A stretch of DNA of 64,000 bases, taken from assembly GCA_034928145.1 (NCBI GenBank), contig JAYFPE010000005.1, forward strand, positions 17,622-81,621, in the 5' to 3' direction. Positions 56,154 through 64,000 of this stretch are shown here, piece by piece. Under the pieces are notes generated by a model, which was not told the DNA's origin, ran no database searches, and was given only the letters and a program-made list of their open reading frames with translations. This stretch comes from Candidatus Pelethousia sp. GTDB taxonomy: Bacteria; Bacillota; Clostridia; Christensenellales; CAG-138. Both the position numbers and the translations under genes were made by a program. Position 1 is the stretch's first letter; every line of letters starts with the position of its first letter.

Positions 56154-57630
56154 TAACTAGAACGGTTTCATTCAGGCCTAAATCTCCCAGCAATCGCAGG
56201 TAAATGTCCACATTTCCGTCCTTATCCACCTCGATCTTCTGGATGATCTGCCTTAACTGGGCGTTGGTCATATCCCGTACTGATACAATATCCTCAATGG
56301 TTGAAAACGTGCGCCGAATGATGGTTTCAAGCTGGTCGCCCTTGTTGATGTTGTATTCCACCAGCTTAAGCTCGTTTTCCAGCCGCGCGATTTCTTCTTT
56401 TGACCCTCCGATTTTATCGTTTAGTTCTTGGCGGGTAATAAGGTCATCCGCATACATATCCATGTATTTTTGGCGGTTTCGGCTCAGCTTCGATAGCCTG
56501 TCCCTTAGTTCCTTTTCGTAATGCTCATTATCATGCTTGGCTTTATAAATGCGGGTGAATTCCTGTGTGACATTGCGTATCACCTTGCCTTTTTCCCGCA
56601 ATAGCTCCTTAAAATAAGCTTCTAAGGCTTCGATCAGCTCATCCTCATCCACTGTTACCGCATTGGGGCAGTTATCCGCGCCTTTGCCGTTATGGGAGGA
56701 ACAGACCCACCGCACATAGGTGTTTTTATAGGTTCGCACGGTACGGCGAAAAGACCAGCCGCACTCCTTGCATTTGATTAAGGTAGAAAACAGGTGTTTG
56801 TTGCTTTGGCGCTCTTTATTCACCTTGAACATCATTCCCCTGTTTCCCATGATCTCCTGCGCCTTATCGAATAGCTCTGGCTCGATGATACGCAAATCCG
56901 GCCGGTCGGCCACCATCCATTCCGCTTCATCCTTTTGTGCGCGCTGCCCGGTAAGGAAGTCCGTTACCTCCTGCTTTCCGTTGATGATCTTCCCCGTATA
57001 AAGCTCATTGGTCAGGATGCGGCAGGTGGCATTCTGGCTCCATTGGCAGTTTCGCTTTGTTTTGTACCCGCGCTCATTGAGCATGTTGGCGATCTTCGCG
57101 GCCCCATACCCCTCTTGGATGTACCATTGATAAATCTGCCGGATAACCGCCGCTTCCTCTTGATTGATCGCCAAGTTGAAATAATCCCCAATGGTCTTAT
57201 CGTAGCCATAGACGATATTAGGGACACGGCCCTTTTCCGCATTCATTTTCTTTCCAAACTTTACACGCTTAGAGGTATTGGCGCTTTCTTCTTGTGCCAA
57301 GGCCCCAAATATGGTCAGTACGAATTCCGAATTTCCCAATACGGTCATATTGGCCGTTAGGAACGTGGTTTCCACCCCTAGGGACTTTAGCTCCCGTATG
57401 CTCTGTAAAAAGTCCACCGTATTACGGGCAAAGCGGGAGATATCCTTCACCACCACCATATCGAAAATACCCTGCCGGGCATCCTGCATAAGCCGCAAGA
57501 ACTCCTTACGGTTCTTTATCTTCGTGCCGGATATTCCTTCGTCACGTTGTGTCAAGTAGGGACGTAAAAAAATATGAAACCTTTTTGGGGAATCTCTCTT
57601 AGCGTGTCGATTTTCTGCAAAACAAAGCAA
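56137..57630 (-). pseudogene. Large serine recombinase lacking the N-terminal catalytic-serine segment
   Basis: Homology starts at DEGISGTK (about 57540) and runs through VVVKDISRFARNT, the recombinase domain, a zinc ribbon (CKECG...C) and a coiled coil. The first roughly 30 codons (TTG start) do not resemble the YxRxSxxxQ catalytic motif. Confidence 0.75.
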
Positions 57631-57700
57631 AGAGGGCTGCCGTTCACAGGATAATGCCTGCGGACAGCTACCCCCTTTACCTTATCTTCTTGGCAGGTTT

Positions 57701-59293
57701 TTATTTCTGCCCATGTCCTTCTCCTTGGCCACGAAACGTCCAGTCGATATGAATGGACCTGTCATTGTAAACGTAGATGCAATCTACAAAATCAACTACC
57801 ATCTGCCGAGTAAGGGTATCTGCCTTCAAATATTGTAGGAGCTTTGGTTCTCCCTGTTTGGCAGCAGCAAGTTTGGCTTGCAGCTCGGCAAGCTCGGCTT
57901 CCAATCGGTTTGTCTGCCGCTCCATATCAGCCTGCTCCCGTGACAGCTTTTCACGCTGGTGCCGGTATTGCTCCCTGCTGATTTTTTCTTCTGCCATGGC
58001 ATCGTATAGTTCTGCTTTCTGTTCGGAAATTCCATTGCACGAGGATTGATAGACAGCTATTTGCTTCTGTTGCTTGGCCATGCGGTCATTGCTCCCAGCT
58101 TTTATCAAAAGGTCTTTTTCGTCCAATAAAACCTTGATGTAAATGTGGATGGCGGACAGGACAACGCCTGCGATTTCATCTTCCTTGATGTTACCTTTCA
58201 TACAGCCCAAGCCCGAGGTCTTGCTTTTTGTGTTGCAGAAAAATTGGGGAGTGGGAGTAGGTCGGCGGGACATGGCATGGCGGCAATGCCCACAGCGTAT
58301 TTTTTCGGTCAATAAATGAACACCGAACGGCACAGACTCCTTTTCTATAAACGGAGCCAAATTGTCCTGTGCCGCCTGAAATTCCTCTGTTGTCACAAGG
58401 GGTTCGTGTTTTTGTTCTACAACAATCCAGTCTGATTTATTGTTTTTCAGTGTCGTTTGATTTCCCACTTGTGGGCGGTATCGCTTGCCATAGATCACAG
58501 CGCCCAAATATCGTTCATCCCGCAGAATCCGTGTTATCATGGCATGATCCCAAAGGTCAGTACCTTCCACGCCGATCCACCATTTATGATGATGGCCCTG
58601 CTGATTTTTTATTTTGCTGGCAGTGGGTACTTTCTCCGAGTTAAACAGACGGGTAATCTCCAGTGTGGACATTCCCATTCCAGCTAACCGGAAGATACGC
58701 TGTACAATCCCGGCACTGTCCTCATCAACGACAAGCTGGTTTTTATTTTTCTTATCCTTGCGGTATCCGATGGGTGCAAAAGGGCTTAGATAATCCCCTT
58801 TGAGCGCCTTCGTTCGCTTGCCGCTTTTTACTTTCAGGGATAAGTCCTTGCTGTAATAGCCGTAAATCACGTTGCGAAAGGCAATGTCCACGCCACTGGT
58901 CTTTCCCTTCATCTTTGCACTGTCGTAGCCGTCGTTAACAGAAATAAATCGGATGCCTAAAAAGGGGAAAATCTGATCCACATAGTCGCTGACCGTGATG
59001 TAATCCCTGCCGAACCGTGAAAAGTCCTTGACAATGATGCAATCAAATTCCTTTGCCTTGGCTTTCTGTAAAAGCCTCTGCATATCAGGGCGCTGCATAT
59101 TGGTTCCCGAAAACCCGTCATCGCACAGCTCTATGATTTCACTGCCCCGAAATTCCGGGCAGCTTTCCACATAACGGCGGAGCAGCTCCCGCTGGTTAGT
59201 AACGCTGTTGCTTTCATCCTTGACCCCATCCCGGCTGTCCTCGTCCTCCACGGAAAGCCGGATATACAAAACGATAACATAGCTTTTATCCAT
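57701..59293 (-). CDS. Large serine recombinase (intact)
   Basis: VLYIRLSVEDED...SNSVTNQ catalytic motif, DDGFSGTN and IVKDFSRFGRDY. Its ATG overlaps the stop of the upstream recombinase gene. Confidence 0.9.
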   Translation of the reverse strand: MDKSYVIVLYIRLSVEDEDSRDGVKDESNSVTNQRELLRRYVESCPEFRGSEIIELCDDGFSGTNMQRPDMQRLLQKAKAKEFDCIIVKDFSRFGRDYITVSDYVDQIFPFLGIRFISVNDGYDSAKMKGKTSGVDIAFRNVIYGYYSKDLSLKVKSGKRTKALKGDYLSPFAPIGYRKDKKNKNQLVVDEDSAGIVQRIFRLAGMGMSTLEITRLFNSEKVPTASKIKNQQGHHHKWWIGVEGTDLWDHAMITRILRDERYLGAVIYGKRYRPQVGNQTTLKNNKSDWIVVEQKHEPLVTTEEFQAAQDNLAPFIEKESVPFGVHLLTEKIRCGHCRHAMSRRPTPTPQFFCNTKSKTSGLGCMKGNIKEDEIAGVVLSAIHIYIKVLLDEKDLLIKAGSNDRMAKQQKQIAVYQSSCNGISEQKAELYDAMAEEKISREQYRHQREKLSREQADMERQTNRLEAELAELQAKLAAAKQGEPKLLQYLKADTLTRQMVVDFVDCIYVYNDRSIHIDWTFRGQGEGHGQK

Positions 59294-60995
59294 TGACCGC
59301 CACCTCCATTGGGAACAACAGACACTCTTGCAGATGTCTGTATTCATCTTCAAAACGGAGATGTACCGTAACAGCGGTCTTGCTGTGGACAATCACATGA
59401 TCTACCAGTTCGAGAACCATCTTCCTTGTCAGCGCCGGTTCCTCATGGAAGGTCAGGAGCGTTCGCAACCATGGATTTTCCTCTGTTCGTGTTTCTGTGA
59501 CCGTCTGCTCCTGTGCCATAAGCTCATTCAAAAGGGCGGTCAACTCTGCCTCCTGTTCTTTATAGCGGTTTTGCGCATAAAGATAATCTCTTTCGTCCAT
59601 CAGACGGTCTAAGTAATCATCACAAAGACTTTCTCTCAGACGAGTAATCCGGTCAAGCTGCTCCTTCGTCTGATTGATATGGCGTCTGATTTTCTGCTTT
59701 TGGGAGAGAACGGCGTTCTGATTCGCCGCACTCCTGATGAGCTTTTCCATATCCAAAGCCATCATAAGCTGGGCCTGAATCACGCTGAAAACCGATTCTA
59801 AGAGGTCTGTCTCGGGTATGCTGATAAAGGAACACCGGTCGGTATCTGTGGCATGGACAGGACAAATATAGCTGTACCAAACGTGGAATTTCGGTTTTTT
59901 ATTTTTATTTTCCCGCACGTTTTTATAACGTACAAGACCCGTTTTGCAGCCACCGCAGCAGACAAGTCCTTTCAGGAGGTTTTCCGTGTTTACAACCTCT
60001 GCAAACCGGGCCTGCTTCTCGTAATACTCTCTTGTTACCTGCTCATTAAGCTGCTGTACGCTATCAAAAGTATCTTGGTCAATGATGGCCTCATGCGTGT
60101 TTTTTACAACAACCCACTGTTCTTTTGGTATTTGGGTCTGGCTCTGTCCTTTCCAAAGCGCCTCCTGTTTTCTGCCCTGTACCATATATCCCAAATAGAC
60201 CTCGTTGGACAGCATGGATTTAATGGCCGGTATTTTCCATACCGCATTGGCAAAGCGTTTGTCCTTTACCAGTCCTTTTTCAAAACGGTAACGGCTGGGG
60301 GATGGAATATCCCGCCGATTCAGTTCCCATGCGATGTTCTGATAGCTCATTCCCGAAAGCCGCCAGTGGAAAATATCACGAACAGTGGGGGCGGTATCAT
60401 CGTCCACAATCAGGCGATGCTTATCTTCCGGGTCTTTTAAGTAGCCATAAGCCGCCCATGCACCGATAAATTCGCCTCGTTCCTGCTTGCCACGCAGGAC
60501 AGGACAGATTTTTTGAGAGATGTCACGGGCATACACATCATTCACAAGATTTTTCAGGTTTATGGTAAGGCTGTCAAGGGTGGATGGATCAAGGCTGTCG
60601 TAACCATCGTTTACAGCGATGAAGCGCACTCCCATGAACGGGAATATCTTTTCCAAATATTCTCCGGCCTCAATGTAGTTTCTGCCGAAACGGGAAAGGT
60701 CTTTGACAATGACGCAATCCACATTGCCCATTCGTATATCATCCAAAAGGCGTTCAAAATCATCCCGTGCGAAGTTGACCCCTGTTTCCCCATTATCCGA
60801 GTAGACCGAATAGAGGGACAGGCTTGGGTCGCCCGCAATATAAGCACGGAGTATGGCTTCCTGATTTTCAATGGAATCACTGTTTTCACGATGTCCGTTC
60901 AGTACGGAAAGCCGCACATAGGCACCCGCTTTGTAGACCCTTCGCTTTGTTTCCTGCGGTATGGGAGCCTGTCTGAATTTACTTTTTCTTGCCAT
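59286..60995 (-). CDS. Large serine recombinase (intact)
   Basis: AYVRLSVLNG...SDSIENQ, DNGETGVN and IVKDLSRFGRNY. Its start lies 1 nt after the upstream stop. Confidence 0.9.
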   Translation of the reverse strand: MARKSKFRQAPIPQETKRRVYKAGAYVRLSVLNGHRENSDSIENQEAILRAYIAGDPSLSLYSVYSDNGETGVNFARDDFERLLDDIRMGNVDCVIVKDLSRFGRNYIEAGEYLEKIFPFMGVRFIAVNDGYDSLDPSTLDSLTINLKNLVNDVYARDISQKICPVLRGKQERGEFIGAWAAYGYLKDPEDKHRLIVDDDTAPTVRDIFHWRLSGMSYQNIAWELNRRDIPSPSRYRFEKGLVKDKRFANAVWKIPAIKSMLSNEVYLGYMVQGRKQEALWKGQSQTQIPKEQWVVVKNTHEAIIDQDTFDSVQQLNEQVTREYYEKQARFAEVVNTENLLKGLVCCGGCKTGLVRYKNVRENKNKKPKFHVWYSYICPVHATDTDRCSFISIPETDLLESVFSVIQAQLMMALDMEKLIRSAANQNAVLSQKQKIRRHINQTKEQLDRITRLRESLCDDYLDRLMDERDYLYAQNRYKEQEAELTALLNELMAQEQTVTETRTEENPWLRTLLTFHEEPALTRKMVLELVDHVIVHSKTAVTVHLRFEDEYRHLQECLLFPMEVAVNG

Positions 60996-60996
60996 G

Positions 60997-62664
60997 CTAT
61001 ACCACCTCCCTGTTGGAAGATGACTCTGGCACAATGCGTTCCACGCACTGAATCAAGGCCAGCGTATTTTCATATTCACACCGAAATTTGAAATGAATAT
61101 GAATACGCTGGTTTTCGTACACAGAAATTCGGTCAATTAGCTCAACCGCCAGCCTGCGGTTTAATGTTTCAATATCCTGGTGCTGTTTGAAGTAGGCGAT
61201 CCACTGCTGTTCCTCGGATTTCCCCTCCACAAGACGGTCGATTTCCTGATTCAGTGACAGGATGGCATCCTCGGCTTCTTTCACTTTATGGTCGTACCGC
61301 TTGCCAAATGCGATATAGTCCTCACGGGTGATGATGCCGTCTGTATAATCCTCATGGAGCTTCATCCGGTAACGCCGATATTTCTCCACCTCGGCTTGCT
61401 TGGCGTTCAGCCTTTCATCCGTCTTTTTGACCTGCCTACTGGTATAAGGTAATTTTGCAATATCGGCAAGGGTCTGTTCTATATCAAGAATGAAACGGAT
61501 ATGCTGCTGAACCGCAGCAAACACAGCCTCCGCAAGCAATTCATCACGGATACTGTGGCTTTTACATCCGCTTTTTTCCTTGCTGCCGGAACAGATATAA
61601 TAGTAATAGGGATTACTGGCGGTGGAATTATTCTTGCGAACCATGCTCCGTCCGCAATCGGCACAGTAAAGCAGTCCGGCAAGCGGAAAAAGAGTCTCCT
61701 CGCCGGGAGCCGTGCGGGTATCGGAACGCAGAATTTTTGCGGCATTCTCAAAGGTATCCCTGCTCACAATCGGCTCATGGGTGTTTTCCGTGACTGCCCA
61801 TTGCTCCTGCGGAACCGCAAACTGCTTTTTCACCTTGTAGTTGGGACTGCTGCGTTTTCCCTGTTCCAATATACCAATGTACAGAGGATTCTTGAGGATA
61901 CGCAAAACGGTAACTGCCGTCCATTGCGCTTTTGGATTTCTCTTGAATGGTGATTTATAGTTGCTGCCTATCAGCCGTTTGTACTCTAATGGAGAGGGGA
62001 TATCACGCTTGTTCGTGTATTCGGCAATCGCCTGTGCGGAATATCCATTCAAGAACAGTTTGAATATATCCTGCACCACACCGGCCGCAAACTCATCAAC
62101 CATCAGGCGGTGCTTATCCTCCGGGGCTTTCAGATAACCGAAGGCGGCAAAGGGAGCGATAAACTGCCCCTTTCTGCGCTTGATTTCAAGCTGACTACGG
62201 ATTTTAATGGAAATATCCCGGCAGTACGCATCGTTCATCAGGTTTTTGACAGGTACAATCAAATTGTCCGATGCCGTTTTCGGTTTGGCGCTGTCATAAT
62301 CATCGTTGATGGAAATGAAACGCACACCCATAAAAGGGAATATTTTTTCAATGTATTTTCCCGTTTCGATAAAATTTCTGCCAAGGCGGGAAAAGTCCTT
62401 CACAATAATACAGTTGATTTCCTTGTTTTTGACTGACTCCATCATTTCGATAAAATCAGGACGGTCAAAATTGACCCCGGTATAGCCATCGTCTATCCGC
62501 ACTTTATGCAGAGTGATTTCGGGGTGGGACTCCAAAAAGGCGGAAATTAAATCCCGCTGGTTTGCGATACTGTCGCTTTCGGATTTGTTTACATCCTCTT
62601 TATCACCGTCCTCACGGGATAGCCGGAGGTACATATCCGCATAATAAGTGGTTTTTATATTCAT
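60997..62664 (-). CDS. Large serine recombinase (intact)
   Basis: MYLRLSREDGD...SDSIANQ, DDGYTGVN and IVKDFSRLGRNF. Confidence 0.9.
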   Translation of the reverse strand: MNIKTTYYADMYLRLSREDGDKEDVNKSESDSIANQRDLISAFLESHPEITLHKVRIDDGYTGVNFDRPDFIEMMESVKNKEINCIIVKDFSRLGRNFIETGKYIEKIFPFMGVRFISINDDYDSAKPKTASDNLIVPVKNLMNDAYCRDISIKIRSQLEIKRRKGQFIAPFAAFGYLKAPEDKHRLMVDEFAAGVVQDIFKLFLNGYSAQAIAEYTNKRDIPSPLEYKRLIGSNYKSPFKRNPKAQWTAVTVLRILKNPLYIGILEQGKRSSPNYKVKKQFAVPQEQWAVTENTHEPIVSRDTFENAAKILRSDTRTAPGEETLFPLAGLLYCADCGRSMVRKNNSTASNPYYYYICSGSKEKSGCKSHSIRDELLAEAVFAAVQQHIRFILDIEQTLADIAKLPYTSRQVKKTDERLNAKQAEVEKYRRYRMKLHEDYTDGIITREDYIAFGKRYDHKVKEAEDAILSLNQEIDRLVEGKSEEQQWIAYFKQHQDIETLNRRLAVELIDRISVYENQRIHIHFKFRCEYENTLALIQCVERIVPESSSNREVV

Positions 62665-62852
62665 TCGGTGTTCTCCTAATCGTTTCTGAATTTCAGAAAA
62701 TCAATCGGGAGTTTTACCGCAAGTCCTATACCGCAGGGGGCTTACCCAAACCTCCTGCGGATTTGTGACTCAGCTTACCACAAAACTCCCTTCGCGTCCA
62801 GACAGTTTTGCCACTGTCAGACACATGACAAATATCGTTCATCATCTTTTCC

Positions 62853-63116
62853 TCACAAGGTTTGTAAATAGTGTTCCATCCGCTGTTCAAAGGTCACTCC
62901 GTTTGCGGCAAAACCCACACTGACGGCAACCTTGCCCACACGGAAGCAATAAGGGTTCCTGATTTCTCTCATAAACTCTTTTTGGCGTCCCTCTTTGGGA
63001 AGGCTCCTGTCAATTTCAATTTCTCTTATATCTACAAGCGTTGCCGGATCGACCGTCCGAACATCCACCTGACGTAATTTTTCCAAATTCATCTGTGTTA
63101 CATCAAATTTCTCCAT
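62853..63116 (-). CDS. Small conserved element-associated hypothetical protein
   Basis: 87-aa ORF upstream of the recombinase array. No function recognised. Confidence 0.45.
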   Translation of the reverse strand: MEKFDVTQMNLEKLRQVDVRTVDPATLVDIREIEIDRSLPKEGRQKEFMREIRNPYCFRVGKVAVSVGFAANGVTFEQRMEHYLQTL

Positions 63117-63190
63117 GGCCGCCCTCCTTGTTTTCTCTTATCATCTATATGAAAATTGCTGATTGTCCTATGCCCGAAAAAGGGCGCCAC

Positions 63191-64000
63191 TCATTCAAAG
63201 TAGGCGCCCGTCTTCTTGTCCGCAATAAATCGGCTCACATCAGAAATCTGGTGCGTAACAGGCATATCAGGCAAGGCCGCCAGTATGTCATTCCGATAGC
63301 GTCTGCTTGCCCGACTGTCAAGGATAGAAAAAACACAGGTATCCGTTTCTCTGCGGATTCCCCGGCCGATCCACTGGCGCAGTTTAATCAGCATACCCGG
63401 CACGATGACTTTGTTCAGATAGCCGTAGAAGTCAGGGTACAGGGTCTTTTCATATTCCAGCACCGGGTCGGGAGCCGGGAACGGCAGCCGTACTACAATG
63501 AGGGAAGATAGAATGTCCCCGGCAAGGTCAATGCCCTCCCCGGCACTGTCGCTGGCACAGAGGACACCGTTGCCGCTTTTACGAAAAGCGTCGATGGCGT
63601 CAAGACGGCCTTTCCCCATGCGAAACAGAGGAAATGAAGTGATTCGCCTGCACAGCTCGTCATATACCTGTTCCATCATGCGGTAGGAGGTAAACAGAAT
63701 CAGGGTATGCCCATGGGTCGCTTCAATCAGAGCCGCCAGCCGATTGACCACCGTCTGAAAATAGTCGCTGTCTTTGTCTGAAGGCAGCGGCATATCCTGC
63801 GGCAGATACAACAGGGCATGGTTTGGATAATCAAAGGGAGAAGCCTTGCTGGTTTCAAAGATGCGGCGTTTCTCCGCCAATGTAATTCCGCTATTTCGCT
63901 TGAAATGTGAAAAATCGCCTCCCACAGAAAGCGTACCGGAGGTCAGGATATATGGAATTTCTTCCTGCCAAATATCCTCCGACAGTAGGTAATCAAGCTG
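63191..64000 (-). CDS. DinG/Rad3-like helicase, C-terminal part (gene continues past the right edge)
   Basis: The frame stays open to position 64000 (..ILTSGTLSVGGDF..). Helicase_C_2 pattern: GEGIDLAGDILSSLIVVRLPFPAPDP and RQWIGRGIRRETD. Confidence 0.75.
   Translation of the reverse strand, partial: QLDYLLSEDIWQEEIPYILTSGTLSVGGDFSHFKRNSGITLAEKRRIFETSKASPFDYPNHALLYLPQDMPLPSDKDSDYFQTVVNRLAALIEATHGHTLILFTSYRMMEQVYDELCRRITSFPLFRMGKGRLDAIDAFRKSGNGVLCASDSAGEGIDLAGDILSSLIVVRLPFPAPDPVLEYEKTLYPDFYGYLNKVIVPGMLIKLRQWIGRGIRRETDTCVFSILDSRASRRYRNDILAALPDMPVTHQISDVSRFIADKKTGAYFE

Larger units (their letters stand above)
56150..64000. mobile_element. Serine-recombinase-bearing integrated element(s) inserted in spoIIID; extends past the right edge
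   Basis: Composition drops sharply at about 56140-56160. The region holds four tandem large serine recombinase genes reading toward the junction, then element-type cargo (a small conserved ORF and a DinG-like helicase). Confidence 0.75.

Noticed and set aside
62726-62845. 39-aa ORF (MMNDICHVSDSGKTVWTRREFCGKLSHKSAGGLGKPPAV) between the small element gene and the first recombinase gene.
   Set aside because: It has only a weak SD (GAGGAAAAG) that overlaps the upstream stop codon. It has no recognisable motif, and the region also folds into a CCGCAGG/CCTGCGG hairpin. The evidence is too thin to call it a gene.
1-64000. CRISPR arrays, rRNA genes, transposase/IS elements and toxin-antitoxin pairs.
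   Set aside because: No regularly spaced direct repeats, rRNA-like sequence or DDE/IS-type ORFs were seen anywhere in the window.

Overview
The window looks like chromosome from a G+C-rich, spore-forming Firmicute of Clostridia type; this taxonomic call is inference from gene content. Almost all genes are on the minus strand. It has three parts. (1) Positions 1-7300 are a visibly AT-richer accessory segment ending at a tRNA-Leu(UAA). It carries a serine hydrolase, a yxlDEFG-like small-membrane-protein plus ABC exporter set, and an XRE, HisKA_3 kinase and NarL-type regulator operon. (2) Positions 7357-56000 are housekeeping core: proS, ruvCAB, htrA with a two-component system, mutS2, a U32 peptidase, zapA, rluD, lspA, coaE, polA, pdp, a tRNA-Val with a small islet, an hcp nitrosative-stress cluster, mntP behind a Mn riboswitch, a GGDEF cyclase, mutY, an LCP protein, an ECF sigma module, sigG, tcdA and metNIQ. 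(3) From about 56150 to the right edge is an AT-richer mobile element with four tandem large serine recombinase genes, one of them N-terminally truncated. The most interesting observations are these. The element is inserted in the sporulation regulator gene spoIIID, and only the 3' third of that gene is visible. The recombinase next to that junction lacks its catalytic N-terminus exactly where a three-recombinase module begins, which suggests a nested insertion. metNIQ is preceded by a promoter, a Met/Cys-rich 31-codon ORF and a strong terminator instead of an S-box or T-box, which suggests leader-peptide attenuation. All homology calls are by-eye motif recognition; no searches were run.
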